Positions 38,540 through 48,948 of a DNA stretch of 64,000 nt are shown here, in pieces. Numbering within the stretch: the first letter of the stretch is position 1; every line of letters begins with the position of its first letter. Under the pieces are notes generated by a model. The model searched no databases and had not been told where the DNA came from. It saw only the letters and a program-made list of their open reading frames with translations. Both the position numbers and the translations under genes were made by a program. The DNA is taken from positions 2,976,001-3,040,000 of the forward strand of contig CBDCWI010000002.1 in assembly GCA_965223325.1 (NCBI GenBank), in the 5' to 3' direction. This stretch comes from Candidatus Multivoradales bacterium. GTDB taxonomy: Bacteria; Acidobacteriota; Thermoanaerobaculia; Multivoradales; Multivoraceae.

Positions 38540-41500
38540 CTACTCCTCCCGCCACTCTTCGGCGAGTGCTGACACCGGCTCACAAACCAGACGTTCGATC
38601 GCAATCTCATCCAGCCGATCTTCGCGGAAAACGGGCTCGGTTTCCATTACCGCATCGCGCAACGACGCGTAGCGGTGGCGATAACCCTCTAGTGCACGCC
38701 GCAGGACATCACGCGACACGCTCTCGCGGTAGCGCACGTGCATAAGGACCAGGCCAACGGAACGCTGGCCTTCGATCTCGGGCACGATCAGAACCGACCT
38801 TCCGTCACTGCGACCGAGGGCTGCGAGCACCCGCCGCTCCGTCGCCACCCGACGCTTGGTACCGCGCAAGAGGGGGTCACGCTCGACGCGCGAGGGAATC
38901 TCTGCGGCGATCCCCAGTCGCGAAAGAACAACGGTCTCGCAGGCGTCGTCTTCGGGATCACCCTTCAGCCGATAGTGGGTCGACCCCGTGACCTCTTCGA
39001 CCAACGGATCGAGCGCCGCAAGCGTGCGCAGCTCGGCGTACGACAGTCGGTCGCGCAGGGCACCGGCCTCGATCACGCTCGCCACCAGCGGCACCGTCAG
39101 AAGACCTTCCTCCGACCGCGAGATCCCCACGGTCACCGTCTTGGCCTGATGTTTGATCGCATCGACCGGACGCGTGAGCTCGTCGATCCCGCGGGTCAAG
39201 GCTTCGACGAGAGCTTCGACCAGAGCGCTCGGCGTATCGGTGGTGCCGCCGACGAGAGCGAAAGCCTCGAGCGGTAGGCGGCCGAGGGCGCCATGAAGGG
39301 CGGTCGAAATGCGCCCGGCGGTCGACGCCTCTAAGTGACCGTTATGACGGCCGGCAGCCAGCGATGCGAAGAAGCTCGCCGCTGGTCCTTCGATCTCCGC
39401 GGCCAGGCGCTCGAGCAGATCGTCGCTCGTGCTCACCGTGCTGGTCGTGCGTTCGATGCCCTCTCGCATCGTGCGCAGCGGCTGCGCCAGGCGATCGATC
39501 GCCAGCGCCGCGTGGTAGCCGAACAAATGACCGGCCATCACCGCCAACACGAAGTCGAGCGCCGGATGAACGCGCGGCACGAGGATCTTGTGCGGTAGCC
39601 CCTGCCAGCGTTCGTCGCCCTCGGATGCAATGACCACCGGTAGAGCCTTGTGGGCCCGGTAGATCGCAACCTCTTTGGCGACGTCGTCGGCATTCGAGCC
39701 GGAAAGACCCGCCCCGCACACCAGAATCAAAGGCTCAGACGAAAGATCGATGTGCTTCTTGTCTTCGGTTACGTCACAGGCGATCGACTTGTAGCAGAGC
39801 TCGGACAGCTTGATGCGAATCTCTTCGGCCGCCACTACGTTCCAGCCGTTCCCGACCAGAGCCCAGTATCGACGGGGCGGAGCAACCGCTTCGGCAATTC
39901 GAGCGATCTCTGGACCGAGGCTCAGGCAGCGTCTGAGGGCATCGGGCATGGCGATGAGACCCTCGAGCAGCTCTGCGGTGAGTCCCTCCTGGCGAACGCC
40001 GGCGGAGTCGCCATCCCGGCCACACACTTCTGCAATCGCAACCGCGAGGAGAAACCCCGCCGCGATCTGGGAGTAGAACGCCTTGGTCGACGCCACACTC
40101 ATTTCGACGTCGCGACCGTCGGAGGTATAGAGCACCCCGTCGGACTTGTCGGTCAGGTCGCTGTGCCTTCGGTTGACGATCGAAACCACGACGGCACCGC
40201 GGCCGCGCACGAGATCGACGGTGCGATTCGTATCCGTCGTCGTGCCCGACTGGCTGATTGCAACGACCAGGGTGTCCGACATATCGGCTTTGAGGCCGAA
40301 GCCCGACAGCTCGGTCGCCGGTAGCGCTTCGACTGACACATCAGCCGGCAGCAACTCTCCGAATGCGCGAGCCACCCCACTTCCCGCGACCGCGGCGGTC
40401 CCCTGCCCGATGACGAAGACGCGCCGGATCGCACCAGCGCCGAGGCGCTCAACGAGCGCCGGCGAGAGGGCCGACTCCCGAAGCGCAACTGCAAGTGAGC
40501 CGTCGGCTTCGCGATGCAACCGGCCGCGCAGAGTCTTCTCGAAAGAGTCCGGCGACTCGTGAATCTCTTTGACCAGAAAGTGCGCGTGGTCACCACGGTC
40601 AATGTCACGCGTGGTGATCTCGAGTTCGCGCACTTCATCGGCGGAAACCGGTAGCTCGCGACCGTCGTACGACCAGCGCTGGACCCCGCCAAGCGTGCCT
40701 GCCGCCGAAGCGCGAAGCTCCATGACCTGTCCACGACTGGCAGCAGGATTGGTGGGATCGGCCGGGGTCTCGCCATCGAGGCGTAGGTACGACGCCGTCT
40801 GCTCGACCAGGCCATAAGGTTCGCTGGCGACCAGGAAGGCGCCTTCCCCCAAACCGACGTAGAGAGCCTGCCCACTTCCCCGCAGGGCGAGCTGCAAACA
40901 GTCCGGCTCGTCTGCGCTGGCCCCGGCGATCGCGACCGAGCCTTCGAAGCGGGCGACGGTGTCGAGGAAGGCGTCGCCGTCCCCGGACCCTCGTTCGGCC
41001 AGCCGTTGCCAGACCACCGGAATCACCTTGGCGTCGTTGGTGATTTCCGGCGCGATCTCGAGCCCGTGGTCCGCAATCAGGGCCAAATGGTTGTCGACGT
41101 CACCGTTGAGCACCGCCATGCGCGCCCCGCCGTGCGCGCGACCCTGTTCGAGCGCGTCGGCCGGGTGAGCGTTGGGTTGGTTGATCAATCCCACGCTGGC
41201 CCAGCGCGTGTGCGACAAAACGCGCACTTCGGCATCCTTCGAAAGAGCCTGGCGCAGCAACTCGTCACCCATGATCGAGGCGCGGATCTGGGCAACGTTG
41301 TCGCCGAGCTCACCGATTTCGGCGGCGGTCTTGTAGACGAACACCAGCTGGCCGTTGGCTACCCGCACGGCTCCGTCACGCAAGAGTGGATCGCCGCGCT
41401 CGGTCAACGCCTGCGCGGTCTCCGGCGATTCGAGATCAACACCCGGATGCTCGACGAAGATCGCAATGCCGGCGGAATCGCGCCCGCGAACTTCCAGGCG

Positions 41501-42004
41501 ATCGATGGCGCGCAGAACCTGGCTCACGGCTCCCAGAGCATCGAGCACCCGCACATCACGAGAGCCTGCGGCCAGCGCTCGTACCCCGCGTGCCGCCTCG
41601 ACCCGATCGCGCTCGATCGACCAGGCCGCATCGCGGAGTCGGCGGATGGACGCCAGGACTCGGCGCACACCGGGTTTGGTGGTCTCTAGCCGAACCGCCT
41701 CGGCCTCGAGTCGGAGAAGAGACTCATGGTGCCCACCGGCAAATCCGGCAACTCGCGCCGCCCAATCCTCGTCCACCGCCAGGCGGAGCGCCTCGACCCG
41801 TCCGCGGAGCTGCTCGTCGACCTCTTCGAAGCGGATGGCACAGGCCTCGAGAGCCTCTACGACCCGATCCGTCGACTCTCGCTCGAGGTTCCAAACCAGC
41901 TCATCGGACGCAATCTCGGGCAAGGCGATCGCGGCCTCGGCCAGCGCCTGGTCCATCGCCGAGCGCGCGAGAGGTTGTCGGACAAGAGCAACGATTCCAC
42001 ACAC
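38540..42004 (-). CDS. Enlarged glucosamine--fructose-6-phosphate aminotransferase-like protein (GlmS-like, ~1154 aa)
   Basis: GTG-CGIVA N-terminal nucleophile, LEVRGRDSAG, HTRWA, NAHP, SQSGTTTDT, VASTKAF, AKTVTV. Confidence 0.85.
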   Translation of the reverse strand: MCGIVALVRQPLARSAMDQALAEAAIALPEIASDELVWNLERESTDRVVEALEACAIRFEEVDEQLRGRVEALRLAVDEDWAARVAGFAGGHHESLLRLEAEAVRLETTKPGVRRVLASIRRLRDAAWSIERDRVEAARGVRALAAGSRDVRVLDALGAVSQVLRAIDRLEVRGRDSAGIAIFVEHPGVDLESPETAQALTERGDPLLRDGAVRVANGQLVFVYKTAAEIGELGDNVAQIRASIMGDELLRQALSKDAEVRVLSHTRWASVGLINQPNAHPADALEQGRAHGGARMAVLNGDVDNHLALIADHGLEIAPEITNDAKVIPVVWQRLAERGSGDGDAFLDTVARFEGSVAIAGASADEPDCLQLALRGSGQALYVGLGEGAFLVASEPYGLVEQTASYLRLDGETPADPTNPAASRGQVMELRASAAGTLGGVQRWSYDGRELPVSADEVRELEITTRDIDRGDHAHFLVKEIHESPDSFEKTLRGRLHREADGSLAVALRESALSPALVERLGAGAIRRVFVIGQGTAAVAGSGVARAFGELLPADVSVEALPATELSGFGLKADMSDTLVVAISQSGTTTDTNRTVDLVRGRGAVVVSIVNRRHSDLTDKSDGVLYTSDGRDVEMSVASTKAFYSQIAAGFLLAVAIAEVCGRDGDSAGVRQEGLTAELLEGLIAMPDALRRCLSLGPEIARIAEAVAPPRRYWALVGNGWNVVAAEEIRIKLSELCYKSIACDVTEDKKHIDLSSEPLILVCGAGLSGSNADDVAKEVAIYRAHKALPVVIASEGDERWQGLPHKILVPRVHPALDFVLAVMAGHLFGYHAALAIDRLAQPLRTMREGIERTTSTVSTSDDLLERLAAEIEGPAASFFASLAAGRHNGHLEASTAGRISTALHGALGRLPLEAFALVGGTTDTPSALVEALVEALTRGIDELTRPVDAIKHQAKTVTVGISRSEEGLLTVPLVASVIEAGALRDRLSYAELRTLAALDPLVEEVTGSTHYRLKGDPEDDACETVVLSRLGIAAEIPSRVERDPLLRGTKRRVATERRVLAALGRSDGRSVLIVPEIEGQRSVGLVLMHVRYRESVSRDVLRRALEGYRHRYASLRDAVMETEPVFREDRLDEIAIERLVCEPVSALAEEWREE

Positions 42005-42039
42005 GAGAGATCTAGGTTCCTGGAGGAGGGATGTTCCGT

Positions 42040-42072
42040 TGGCGAGGTGGCGAGGTGGCGAGGTGGCGAAGT
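42040..42072. repeat. 8-bp tandem repeat (TGGCGAGG) x4
   Basis: tggcgagg tggcgagg tggcgagg tggcgaag t, in the leader of the GlmS-like gene. Confidence 0.85.
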
Positions 42073-42268
42073 AGCGAGCACGAGTGCGAGCGTGGCCCGG
42101 GGACCGCAGGCGTAGCGCCAAGACCACAGTCGGCGGCCGAGTCTATGGGCTGAGCGAGCAAACAGGGTCATTTCGGAACGCCCACAGCGCGCCAATGGCC
42201 CTTCGTTCTACCTACGAGAGGTCCCTGAGACGTCTGAGGACACCTCACTCACACGATGCAAACTCAAA

Positions 42269-42283
42269 GCAAGATTCACGCCC
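42269..42283 (-). promoter_or_regulatory. Possible sigma54 promoter of the GlmS-like operon
   Basis: Minus strand GGGCGT-GAATC-TTGC keeps GG-N10-GC spacing; degenerate -24 box. Confidence 0.3.
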
Positions 42284-42298
42284 GCCCACGAAGTCCCT

Positions 42299-43486
42299 TC
42301 ATAAACTCGCGATCGACGCCAGAATCGACTCCCGAACGGCCCGCGGCGCATGCAAGCGCTCGAGCAGGCGGCGGCCGTCTCGAGCCATGGCGGCCGCACG
42401 CTCGGAGTCGTCGAGAAGAGCGCAGATCTCCTGCGCCCACTGCTCGCCCGTGTCGGCGACGCTGAAGTGCTCACCGCTGACGCCGTCCGTTCCGCGCGCG
42501 GCCCACGGTGAAACGACGATCGGACGACCCTCGCCCCAGGCCTCCAGGACCTTGACCGGTACGCCGGCGCCGCACCGGACCGGCGCCACCAGAACGTCGG
42601 TTGCGCGCACGATCCCACGGAGATCGGGAGGCGAAGTGACCAGCCGCACCCCCGCTGATCGCGCCATTCTCGAGATCGCCCTACCCGGCCGATGACCGGC
42701 CACGACGAACTCGATGTCCGGCCGGACCGCGTGCAGCGCTGGCCACGCATGACGGGCAAACCAGTTCACCGCATCGTGGTTGGGAAAGTAGGCGAGGTTG
42801 CCGGTGAAACCGACGCTGCGCCGAGAGTCGTTGCCCGCCGCCGGCTCGGGGCCAGTCGCCTCGTCATTCGACTGCACTGCCAGGCGTACCAACGTGGGAG
42901 GTCGCTCGGGCGAGCGTTCACCGAGCGCCTCGACGTCGCGTCTGGCGATCGCCCAACTGGCGACCGACCGACCGAGCAAACGCGCCTCTGCGCGCGCCAG
43001 GCGAGCCGCCTCGAAGCGCCAGAAGGGACGTAGCAAGGGGCGGTCGATGGCGGCGCGGCGCGAGAAGTGGAGCGACAGAGAGTCGATGAAGTCGACCAAC
43101 ACTGGCTGTGATCTCTCGAGCGCATCGAGGGCACCTTCTAATCGCAGCAGCTGCAGCAGAACGAGATCATGGTCGCGAGCCAACGCTCTGACCCGCGCGG
43201 CCAGAGCGACGCGTGCGAAAAGGGCCGTCTGAAGCGGCCGACCCGCGACCAGTGATGACAACCCCGCGAGCGGACTCGCACCCGCTGAATAGGTCGCGAT
43301 GCGCACCGCCAGGCCGGCCCCCACGTCGTCCGGCCACTTGGGCTCGGGGGCGCCGGGAGGTGGTGCCGGGGTCAGAAGGGTGACCTCGTGCTGCTGTTGA
43401 AGCGCGGCAACCGTCTGAACGGCACGGAGCTGATCACCGCGCCGCGTGGGCCAGGGGTAACGGCCGGTGACCAGCAGGATTCGCAT
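42299..43486 (-). CDS. Glycosyltransferase family 4
   Basis: YPWPTRRGDQLR, FTGNLAYFPNHDAV, APVRCGAGVPVKVLEAW. Confidence 0.9.
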   Translation of the reverse strand: MRILLVTGRYPWPTRRGDQLRAVQTVAALQQQHEVTLLTPAPPPGAPEPKWPDDVGAGLAVRIATYSAGASPLAGLSSLVAGRPLQTALFARVALAARVRALARDHDLVLLQLLRLEGALDALERSQPVLVDFIDSLSLHFSRRAAIDRPLLRPFWRFEAARLARAEARLLGRSVASWAIARRDVEALGERSPERPPTLVRLAVQSNDEATGPEPAAGNDSRRSVGFTGNLAYFPNHDAVNWFARHAWPALHAVRPDIEFVVAGHRPGRAISRMARSAGVRLVTSPPDLRGIVRATDVLVAPVRCGAGVPVKVLEAWGEGRPIVVSPWAARGTDGVSGEHFSVADTGEQWAQEICALLDDSERAAAMARDGRRLLERLHAPRAVRESILASIASL

Positions 43487-43568
43487 CTCAACGAATCGTA
43501 GCGTCTGGAGCTCCTTCGTGGGATGGGCGCCGCGGCGCGCCGCTCGCCCTTGGTAGGTTCTCCTCAAC

Positions 43569-44735
43569 ATGGCCAAGACTTCTAGCTACGCTCAGCGCAT
43601 CGAGGGTTCGGTGTTCTCCTCTTTGACCGGCCGCATGGCGACCTACGAGGGCGAGATCTACCCACTGCACGTCGGTGATACCTGGCTCGAACCGGCCGAA
43701 GCAGCCTGGATGGAACACCTGCGGGTCGCCGATCACCCGGGAATGCACTCATACGACCCTCCCGGTGGCGCCCGATATCTACGCGAGGCCTTGGCTCTGC
43801 GGGCGACAGAACGCACCGGCGTTGTGGTCCGGCCGACCAACATCCAGCTGGCAGCCGGAGCGACCGCCGGCCTGGCCGCCTTGATGGGAGCGGTCCTCGA
43901 CCCCGACGACGAGGTCCTGGTTCTTTCCCCCCATTGGCCACTGATCGCCGGCATTGTGCGCACCATGCGGGGGACACCGGTGCTCGTCGAGGCAGCACCC
44001 GACGAGGAGTCCAGCGAATCCCTCACCGCCCGACTCGCCGCGGCCGCTGGTGAGCGCACCGTCGCTCTCTACATTTCGTCCCCCAACAACCCCACCGGGC
44101 GCATCCTGCCGCGCGCGCACATCGAAACGATGTCGTCGTGGGCGAAGGAGCGCGGCATCTGGTTGGTCTCGGACGAGGTCTACGAAGACCTGGCCTTCGA
44201 CGGCGATGTTGCGAGCGCCTACGACTTGAACCCGGAAGGAACAGTCACTGCCCACTCGTTCTCCAAGGGCTTCGGCATGGCGGGCAACCGTGTCGGCTGG
44301 CTGGTCGGGCCGGAGGCGTTGATGCAGCGAGTCGGAGCCATCACGACTCATACGCACTACAGTACCCCCACCGCCGGCTGTCTGGCGGCGGCGCGCGCCC
44401 TCAGCGGGGAGGGTCAGGCCTGGCAAGCCCAGGCGCTCGAGCGCTACCGCAAGCTGGCGGAGTGGAGCGCCCGAACTCTCGACGTCCCGATGCCTGCTGC
44501 GGGTACCTTCTTGTTTCTCGACGTCGCCGAACACCTTGACGAGCGCGGCCTGATGGGCTTTCTCGAAGACCTGGCCGACGACGGTCTCTTCGTTGCGCCG
44601 GGTCCGAGCTTCGGTCCCTACCCCCACTCCATCCGGGTCTGCTTCACATCCGCTGCACCTGGAGTCGTGCGGCGAGGAATCGAGGTGCTGGCCCGACACA
44701 TGAGCCGCAGTCCCGGCGAGACGAAGGCCCGCTGA
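43569..44735 (+). CDS. PLP-dependent aminotransferase class I/II
   Basis: SPNNPTG, SDEVY, SFSKGFGMAGNRVG. Confidence 0.93.
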   Translation: MAKTSSYAQRIEGSVFSSLTGRMATYEGEIYPLHVGDTWLEPAEAAWMEHLRVADHPGMHSYDPPGGARYLREALALRATERTGVVVRPTNIQLAAGATAGLAALMGAVLDPDDEVLVLSPHWPLIAGIVRTMRGTPVLVEAAPDEESSESLTARLAAAAGERTVALYISSPNNPTGRILPRAHIETMSSWAKERGIWLVSDEVYEDLAFDGDVASAYDLNPEGTVTAHSFSKGFGMAGNRVGWLVGPEALMQRVGAITTHTHYSTPTAGCLAAARALSGEGQAWQAQALERYRKLAEWSARTLDVPMPAAGTFLFLDVAEHLDERGLMGFLEDLADDGLFVAPGPSFGPYPHSIRVCFTSAAPGVVRRGIEVLARHMSRSPGETKAR

Positions 44736-44770
44736 CGCCGCTCGCCCCCCTTGATACTTTGCCCACGGTC

Positions 44771-45610
44771 ATGAAGCCTTCACTCCCCACCACTCATCTC
44801 GTCGGCGTCGTACAGCTGACCAGCACCTCCGATCAGGGGACGAGCATGGCGATGGCCACTGCTCTCGTCGAAGAGGCCGCGCGCGCCGGTGCGCGATTCG
44901 TGGCGACACCCGAGTGCACCAACTACCTCGGCCCACACGACCGCAAGGTCGAGATCGCAGAGACTCTGTCGGGGGAAACGTGCGAGCGATTCTCCCATCT
45001 GGCGCGACGGCTGGGGATCTGGTTGCTGCTCGGCTCGTTCAACGAGCGCTGCGATGAGGAAGCTGATACCCGCTGCTACAACACGTCGGTGCTCTTTCGC
45101 GACGACGGCGAGATTGCCGCGACCTATCGCAAGGTCCACCTCTTCGACGTCGACGTCTCCGACGAGGTGCGGTTTCAGGAGTCGGCCACCTGCGTTCCGG
45201 GGTCTGATCTGGTGGTCGCCAGGACCGACCTGGGCACTCTCGGCCTGTCGATCTGCTACGACTTGCGTTTCCCCGAGATGTACCGCGGCCTGGTCAATCT
45301 AGGTGCCGACATCCTCATGGTGCCGTCCGCATTCACAGCCCACACTGGCCAAGCGCACTGGGAGGCGCTACTGCGCGCGCGCGCAATCGAGAACCAGTGC
45401 TACGTGCTGGCGCCAGCGCAGGTCGGCCATCACGACGACGGCGGCCTTCGCAACAGTTACGGGCACTCACTCGTCATCGATCCGTGGGGGCAGGTTCTGG
45501 CCTCGGCTGGTGACACTCCGGGCCTCGCCCTGGCACCGCTCGATTCCGAACGTACGCGTGAGATCCGCCGGTCGATGCCAATCGCCGAACATCGGAAGTT
45601 CGCCGACTGA
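44771..45610 (+). CDS. Carbon-nitrogen hydrolase (Nit1 / deaminated glutathione amidase-like)
   Basis: TPE, YRKVHLFDV, ICYDLRFPE, AHWEALLRARAIENQ, GHSLVIDPWG. Confidence 0.92.
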   Translation: MKPSLPTTHLVGVVQLTSTSDQGTSMAMATALVEEAARAGARFVATPECTNYLGPHDRKVEIAETLSGETCERFSHLARRLGIWLLLGSFNERCDEEADTRCYNTSVLFRDDGEIAATYRKVHLFDVDVSDEVRFQESATCVPGSDLVVARTDLGTLGLSICYDLRFPEMYRGLVNLGADILMVPSAFTAHTGQAHWEALLRARAIENQCYVLAPAQVGHHDDGGLRNSYGHSLVIDPWGQVLASAGDTPGLALAPLDSERTREIRRSMPIAEHRKFAD

Positions 45611-45631
45611 CTTGCGCGCCGGCGCCTTGCA

Positions 45632-45686
45632 GTTCAGATCTACCTGGTTCAGATCTACCTGGTTCAGATCTACCTGGTTCAGATCT
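45632..45686. repeat. Perfect 15-bp tandem repeat (GTTCAGATCTACCTG) x3.7
   Basis: Three exact units plus 10 nt, between convergent genes. Confidence 0.92.
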
Positions 45687-45697
45687 TCCGAGGCGGC

Positions 45698-46861
45698 TCA
45701 GGACTTCAGGCAGCTTCGAACGAAGCGCGAGACCTTCCACAGGTAGCGGAAACCACCGAAGCGGTAGACATCGTTGTGCCCGGCGCGGGGCACGCTGTAC
45801 CACTCCTTCGGCCCGGCCGCCGCGTCGAAGAGGCGCTCCCCGAGCTCATAGGGAATCGTCTCGTCGCCGGTGCCGTGGATCACCAGCTTCGGTAGCCCCT
45901 CGAGCGTTGTGATCTTCTCGAGCGAGCGGAAGTGGTTGCTCGCGACCCAGTGCATCGGCACGGTGGGAAAGCGCACGCGCGCCATCTCGCGCGCGCTGGT
46001 GAAGGTCGACTGCGCGATGAGGCCGGCGAGTGGCCTTTGGCAGGCCAGGTCGATCGCCACCGCCCCACCGAGCGAGTGGCCGAATGCCACGATCCGGCGC
46101 GCGTCCTCATCGATCGTGTCGGTCAAGTAGTCGTGCGCGGTGCGCGCGTCTTCATAGAGTCCGTCTTCGCTCGGCTTGCCTTCACTGCGCCCGTAGCCGC
46201 GGTAGTCGAAGGCGAGCACGTTGACCTTGAGGCGCTGCATGTAGCGATACACGCCAATGCGGTTGGTGATGTTGCCGGAGTTCCCGTGACAGTAGAGGAT
46301 GGTGCCGCGAGCACGCTTGCAGGGGATCCACCAGCCATGGAGCTCTGGCCCGTCACCGCGTGAGAACCACACGTCTTCGGCCTGAACACCGTAGGGGGAC
46401 GGGTCCCAGATGCCATTCGGGTACTGATCGGGAACAAAGGTCTGTGCATGCTGGAAGCGTTGCCGGACCATCTCGAGGACGCCTAGCCCCCCGGCAACGG
46501 CGAGCCCGGGGGCGACGCGCTTGAGCAGTCGGGTCCAGCGCGGTGCACTTCGAATGTTCTCGTGATCCGAGTCCTCGAGACCCGGCACCACATCGACCAG
46601 GTCTTGCGCAACGATGCCGTCGCTCTTGGGTAGCTCGAGGCCGCCGATGGCGGACATGTCTTCGATGAGTCGCACGTCTTTGTCGTCAAAGTGTTCTTCG
46701 AGATGCTCTTGGAGGTGGGGATCGTGGGCCTCGGGAGGAGACTGTTTCGGGATCTCGGTCGAACTCTCCGAAGCAACGCCATCGATAGCCCGCTGGCCCA
46801 GAGCGCGCCCACGTCGACCGTCGTCTTCCGGGTTTCCAACGTTCTTTTTGTGGTTCGACAT
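45698..46861 (-). CDS. Alpha/beta hydrolase (ABHD13-like)
   Basis: YCHGNSGN, FDYRGYG, GHSLGG, HGTGDE, AGHND; start uncertain. Confidence 0.88.
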   Translation of the reverse strand: MSNHKKNVGNPEDDGRRGRALGQRAIDGVASESSTEIPKQSPPEAHDPHLQEHLEEHFDDKDVRLIEDMSAIGGLELPKSDGIVAQDLVDVVPGLEDSDHENIRSAPRWTRLLKRVAPGLAVAGGLGVLEMVRQRFQHAQTFVPDQYPNGIWDPSPYGVQAEDVWFSRGDGPELHGWWIPCKRARGTILYCHGNSGNITNRIGVYRYMQRLKVNVLAFDYRGYGRSEGKPSEDGLYEDARTAHDYLTDTIDEDARRIVAFGHSLGGAVAIDLACQRPLAGLIAQSTFTSAREMARVRFPTVPMHWVASNHFRSLEKITTLEGLPKLVIHGTGDETIPYELGERLFDAAAGPKEWYSVPRAGHNDVYRFGGFRYLWKVSRFVRSCLKS

Positions 46862-47105
46862 TCCCATTCGCCTCGAGATCGCGAGTCGCCAGCGACCAGG
46901 ACCAGCGGGAGGTCCTGAGCCTCGTTGATACGATTCTACGTTCCCGCCGCACTTCCGCTGCCGCTCAGGCGACTTCACCGAGGCCAGACCAGCGTCAGCT
47001 TTCTCGTCTCGCCCTGCGCTCTCTTGTGGTCTTCTGCTGGCCTCTGGTTCTAGAGGATTCGTTCAGAGCTTCCGATCAGGAGACGGACTGCGAGCCCCTC
47101 TCGTC

Positions 47106-48875
47106 ATGGAAATACCGATCCTACTGGCGATCATCGCCTTCACCCTCATAGCCTTCGTGGTCGGCCGCATGCCGATCGACGTCGTCGCTTTGTGCTGCCT
47201 GGCCCTGCTTCTGATCTTCAATCTGGTGACCCCAGAGGAGGCGATTGCGGGCTTCGGCAATCCTGCGGTCATCACGGTGATGATGATGTTCGTGCTCAGC
47301 GAGGCCCTCGTTCTCACCGGAGTGGTCGCCAAGATCGGCCACCGCATCGCGTCGATGTCGGGCACCTATCTGGTCGCCGGAACGACTCTACTGCTGGGCT
47401 GTGGTGTGCTGTCGGCCTTCATTAGCAACACCGCTACCCTCGCGATTCTGCTGCCGGTGGGTCTACAACTCGCCAAGCACTACGAGGTGTCTGCCTCCAG
47501 GATCCTCCTGCCGCTGTCCTACATTTCCATCGTTGGCGGCACCTGCACCTTGATCGGCACTTCGACGAACCTGCTGGTCAGCTCGATCGCTCACGATCAC
47601 GGTCTCGAAGCAATCTCGATGTTCGAGTTCTTCATGCTCGGCGGTCCACTGTTCGTGCTGGGACTCTTGTACATCGTCCTGGTTCCCATGCGTGGCATGA
47701 CCCCGCGCGCGCAGGTGGGCAGCTTGACCTCCAAGTACGAGCTCGAGGCCTTCCTCACCGAGATCGAAGTTCCCCCAGGCTCGAGGCTGGTTGGCTTGAC
47801 TCCGCTCGCAACCCAGATTTCAGAACGATTCCGCCTGAACGTCCTGCAGATTCTCCGCGGTGGACGCATCATCGGCACAGAGATTCGCGCCACCGAGCTG
47901 CAAGCCGCGGACCGCCTGATCGTGCGCGGTGCGATGCAGGACATCGTCGCCTTCAAAGAGCAGTACGGGCTGCTCCTACTCACCGACATCAAGCTCAGCG
48001 ATACCGCGCTCACCGACGAGAACAACATCCTCGGTGAGCTCCAGATCTCACCGGTCTCCCGACTGACCGGCCTGACGATCAAGGAGATCGACTTCAGGCG
48101 GCGCTACGGCTGCTTCGTGCTCGCCCTCAACCGCACCGGCGATCTGATTCGCAACAAACTGACCTCGATTCCGTTGCGGCACTGGGACACTCTGCTGGTC
48201 TTTGGACCGCGAGCCCGCGTCGAGGCACTGCAGGAGCTCGAAGACTTCGTCTCGCTCGAAGAGGTCGACATTCGGTTGCACCTACCCCGCAATTGGTGGC
48301 TGGCGGCACTCATTCTCCCGGCAGTTGTCCTGGCGGCGACCTTTGGCTGGATGGACATCCTCGAAGCGTCGATTCTCGGTGCAGTCGCCATGGTGATCAC
48401 CCGCCGACTGACGATCCAACAGGCCTACAGCTCCATCAACTGGACCGTCATCTTTCTGCTCGCTGCAATTCTGCCGCTGGGCACGGCGATGGAGAACAGT
48501 GGCCTCAACGAAGTGATCGCCGCCGGCCTGGTCGACCTCGGAGGAGGAGGTCATCCGCTTCTACTCCTGGCGGCCATCTACCTGGCGACCGCACTCCTCT
48601 CAGAGGTGGTCTCGAACAACTCAACCGCAGTGCTCATGGTTCCCTTCGCCTTCGCTACCGCAACCTCCCTCGGTCTAGAAGCGCGCCCTTTCGTCATGGC
48701 CGTCGCCTTCGGCGCCTCGGCCAGCTTCCTCACCCCGATGGGTTACCAGACCAACGCCATGGTCTTCGTCCCGGGCCAGTACCGTTTCGTCGACTACCTC
48801 CTGTGGGGCCTACCGCTGAAGGTCCTCTTCGCCGTCGTCTCGATCTTCGCGATCCCCCGCATCTGGCCCTTCTAG
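47106..48875 (+). CDS. SLC13/CitMHS family permease with two TrkA-C domains
   Basis: SAFISNT, GGTCTLIGTSTNL, SEVVSNN, SFLTPMGYQTN. Confidence 0.92.
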   Translation: MEIPILLAIIAFTLIAFVVGRMPIDVVALCCLALLLIFNLVTPEEAIAGFGNPAVITVMMMFVLSEALVLTGVVAKIGHRIASMSGTYLVAGTTLLLGCGVLSAFISNTATLAILLPVGLQLAKHYEVSASRILLPLSYISIVGGTCTLIGTSTNLLVSSIAHDHGLEAISMFEFFMLGGPLFVLGLLYIVLVPMRGMTPRAQVGSLTSKYELEAFLTEIEVPPGSRLVGLTPLATQISERFRLNVLQILRGGRIIGTEIRATELQAADRLIVRGAMQDIVAFKEQYGLLLLTDIKLSDTALTDENNILGELQISPVSRLTGLTIKEIDFRRRYGCFVLALNRTGDLIRNKLTSIPLRHWDTLLVFGPRARVEALQELEDFVSLEEVDIRLHLPRNWWLAALILPAVVLAATFGWMDILEASILGAVAMVITRRLTIQQAYSSINWTVIFLLAAILPLGTAMENSGLNEVIAAGLVDLGGGGHPLLLLAAIYLATALLSEVVSNNSTAVLMVPFAFATATSLGLEARPFVMAVAFGASASFLTPMGYQTNAMVFVPGQYRFVDYLLWGLPLKVLFAVVSIFAIPRIWPF

Positions 48876-48948
48876 CACCCAACAAACAGGGACCCGGCCA
48901 GGGACACCAAGGGCGGGCAGAGGCCTTACGCTCCCTTCTTATACCTTA

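Noticed and set aside
42005-42298. glmS ribozyme upstream of the GlmS-like gene
   Set aside because: AGCGCC occurs only on the non-coding strand and the GACGAGG core is absent
45632-45686. Possible mini-CRISPR array (also considered for 21505-21569)
   Set aside because: Units are 13-15 bp, contiguous, have no spacers, and no cas genes are present
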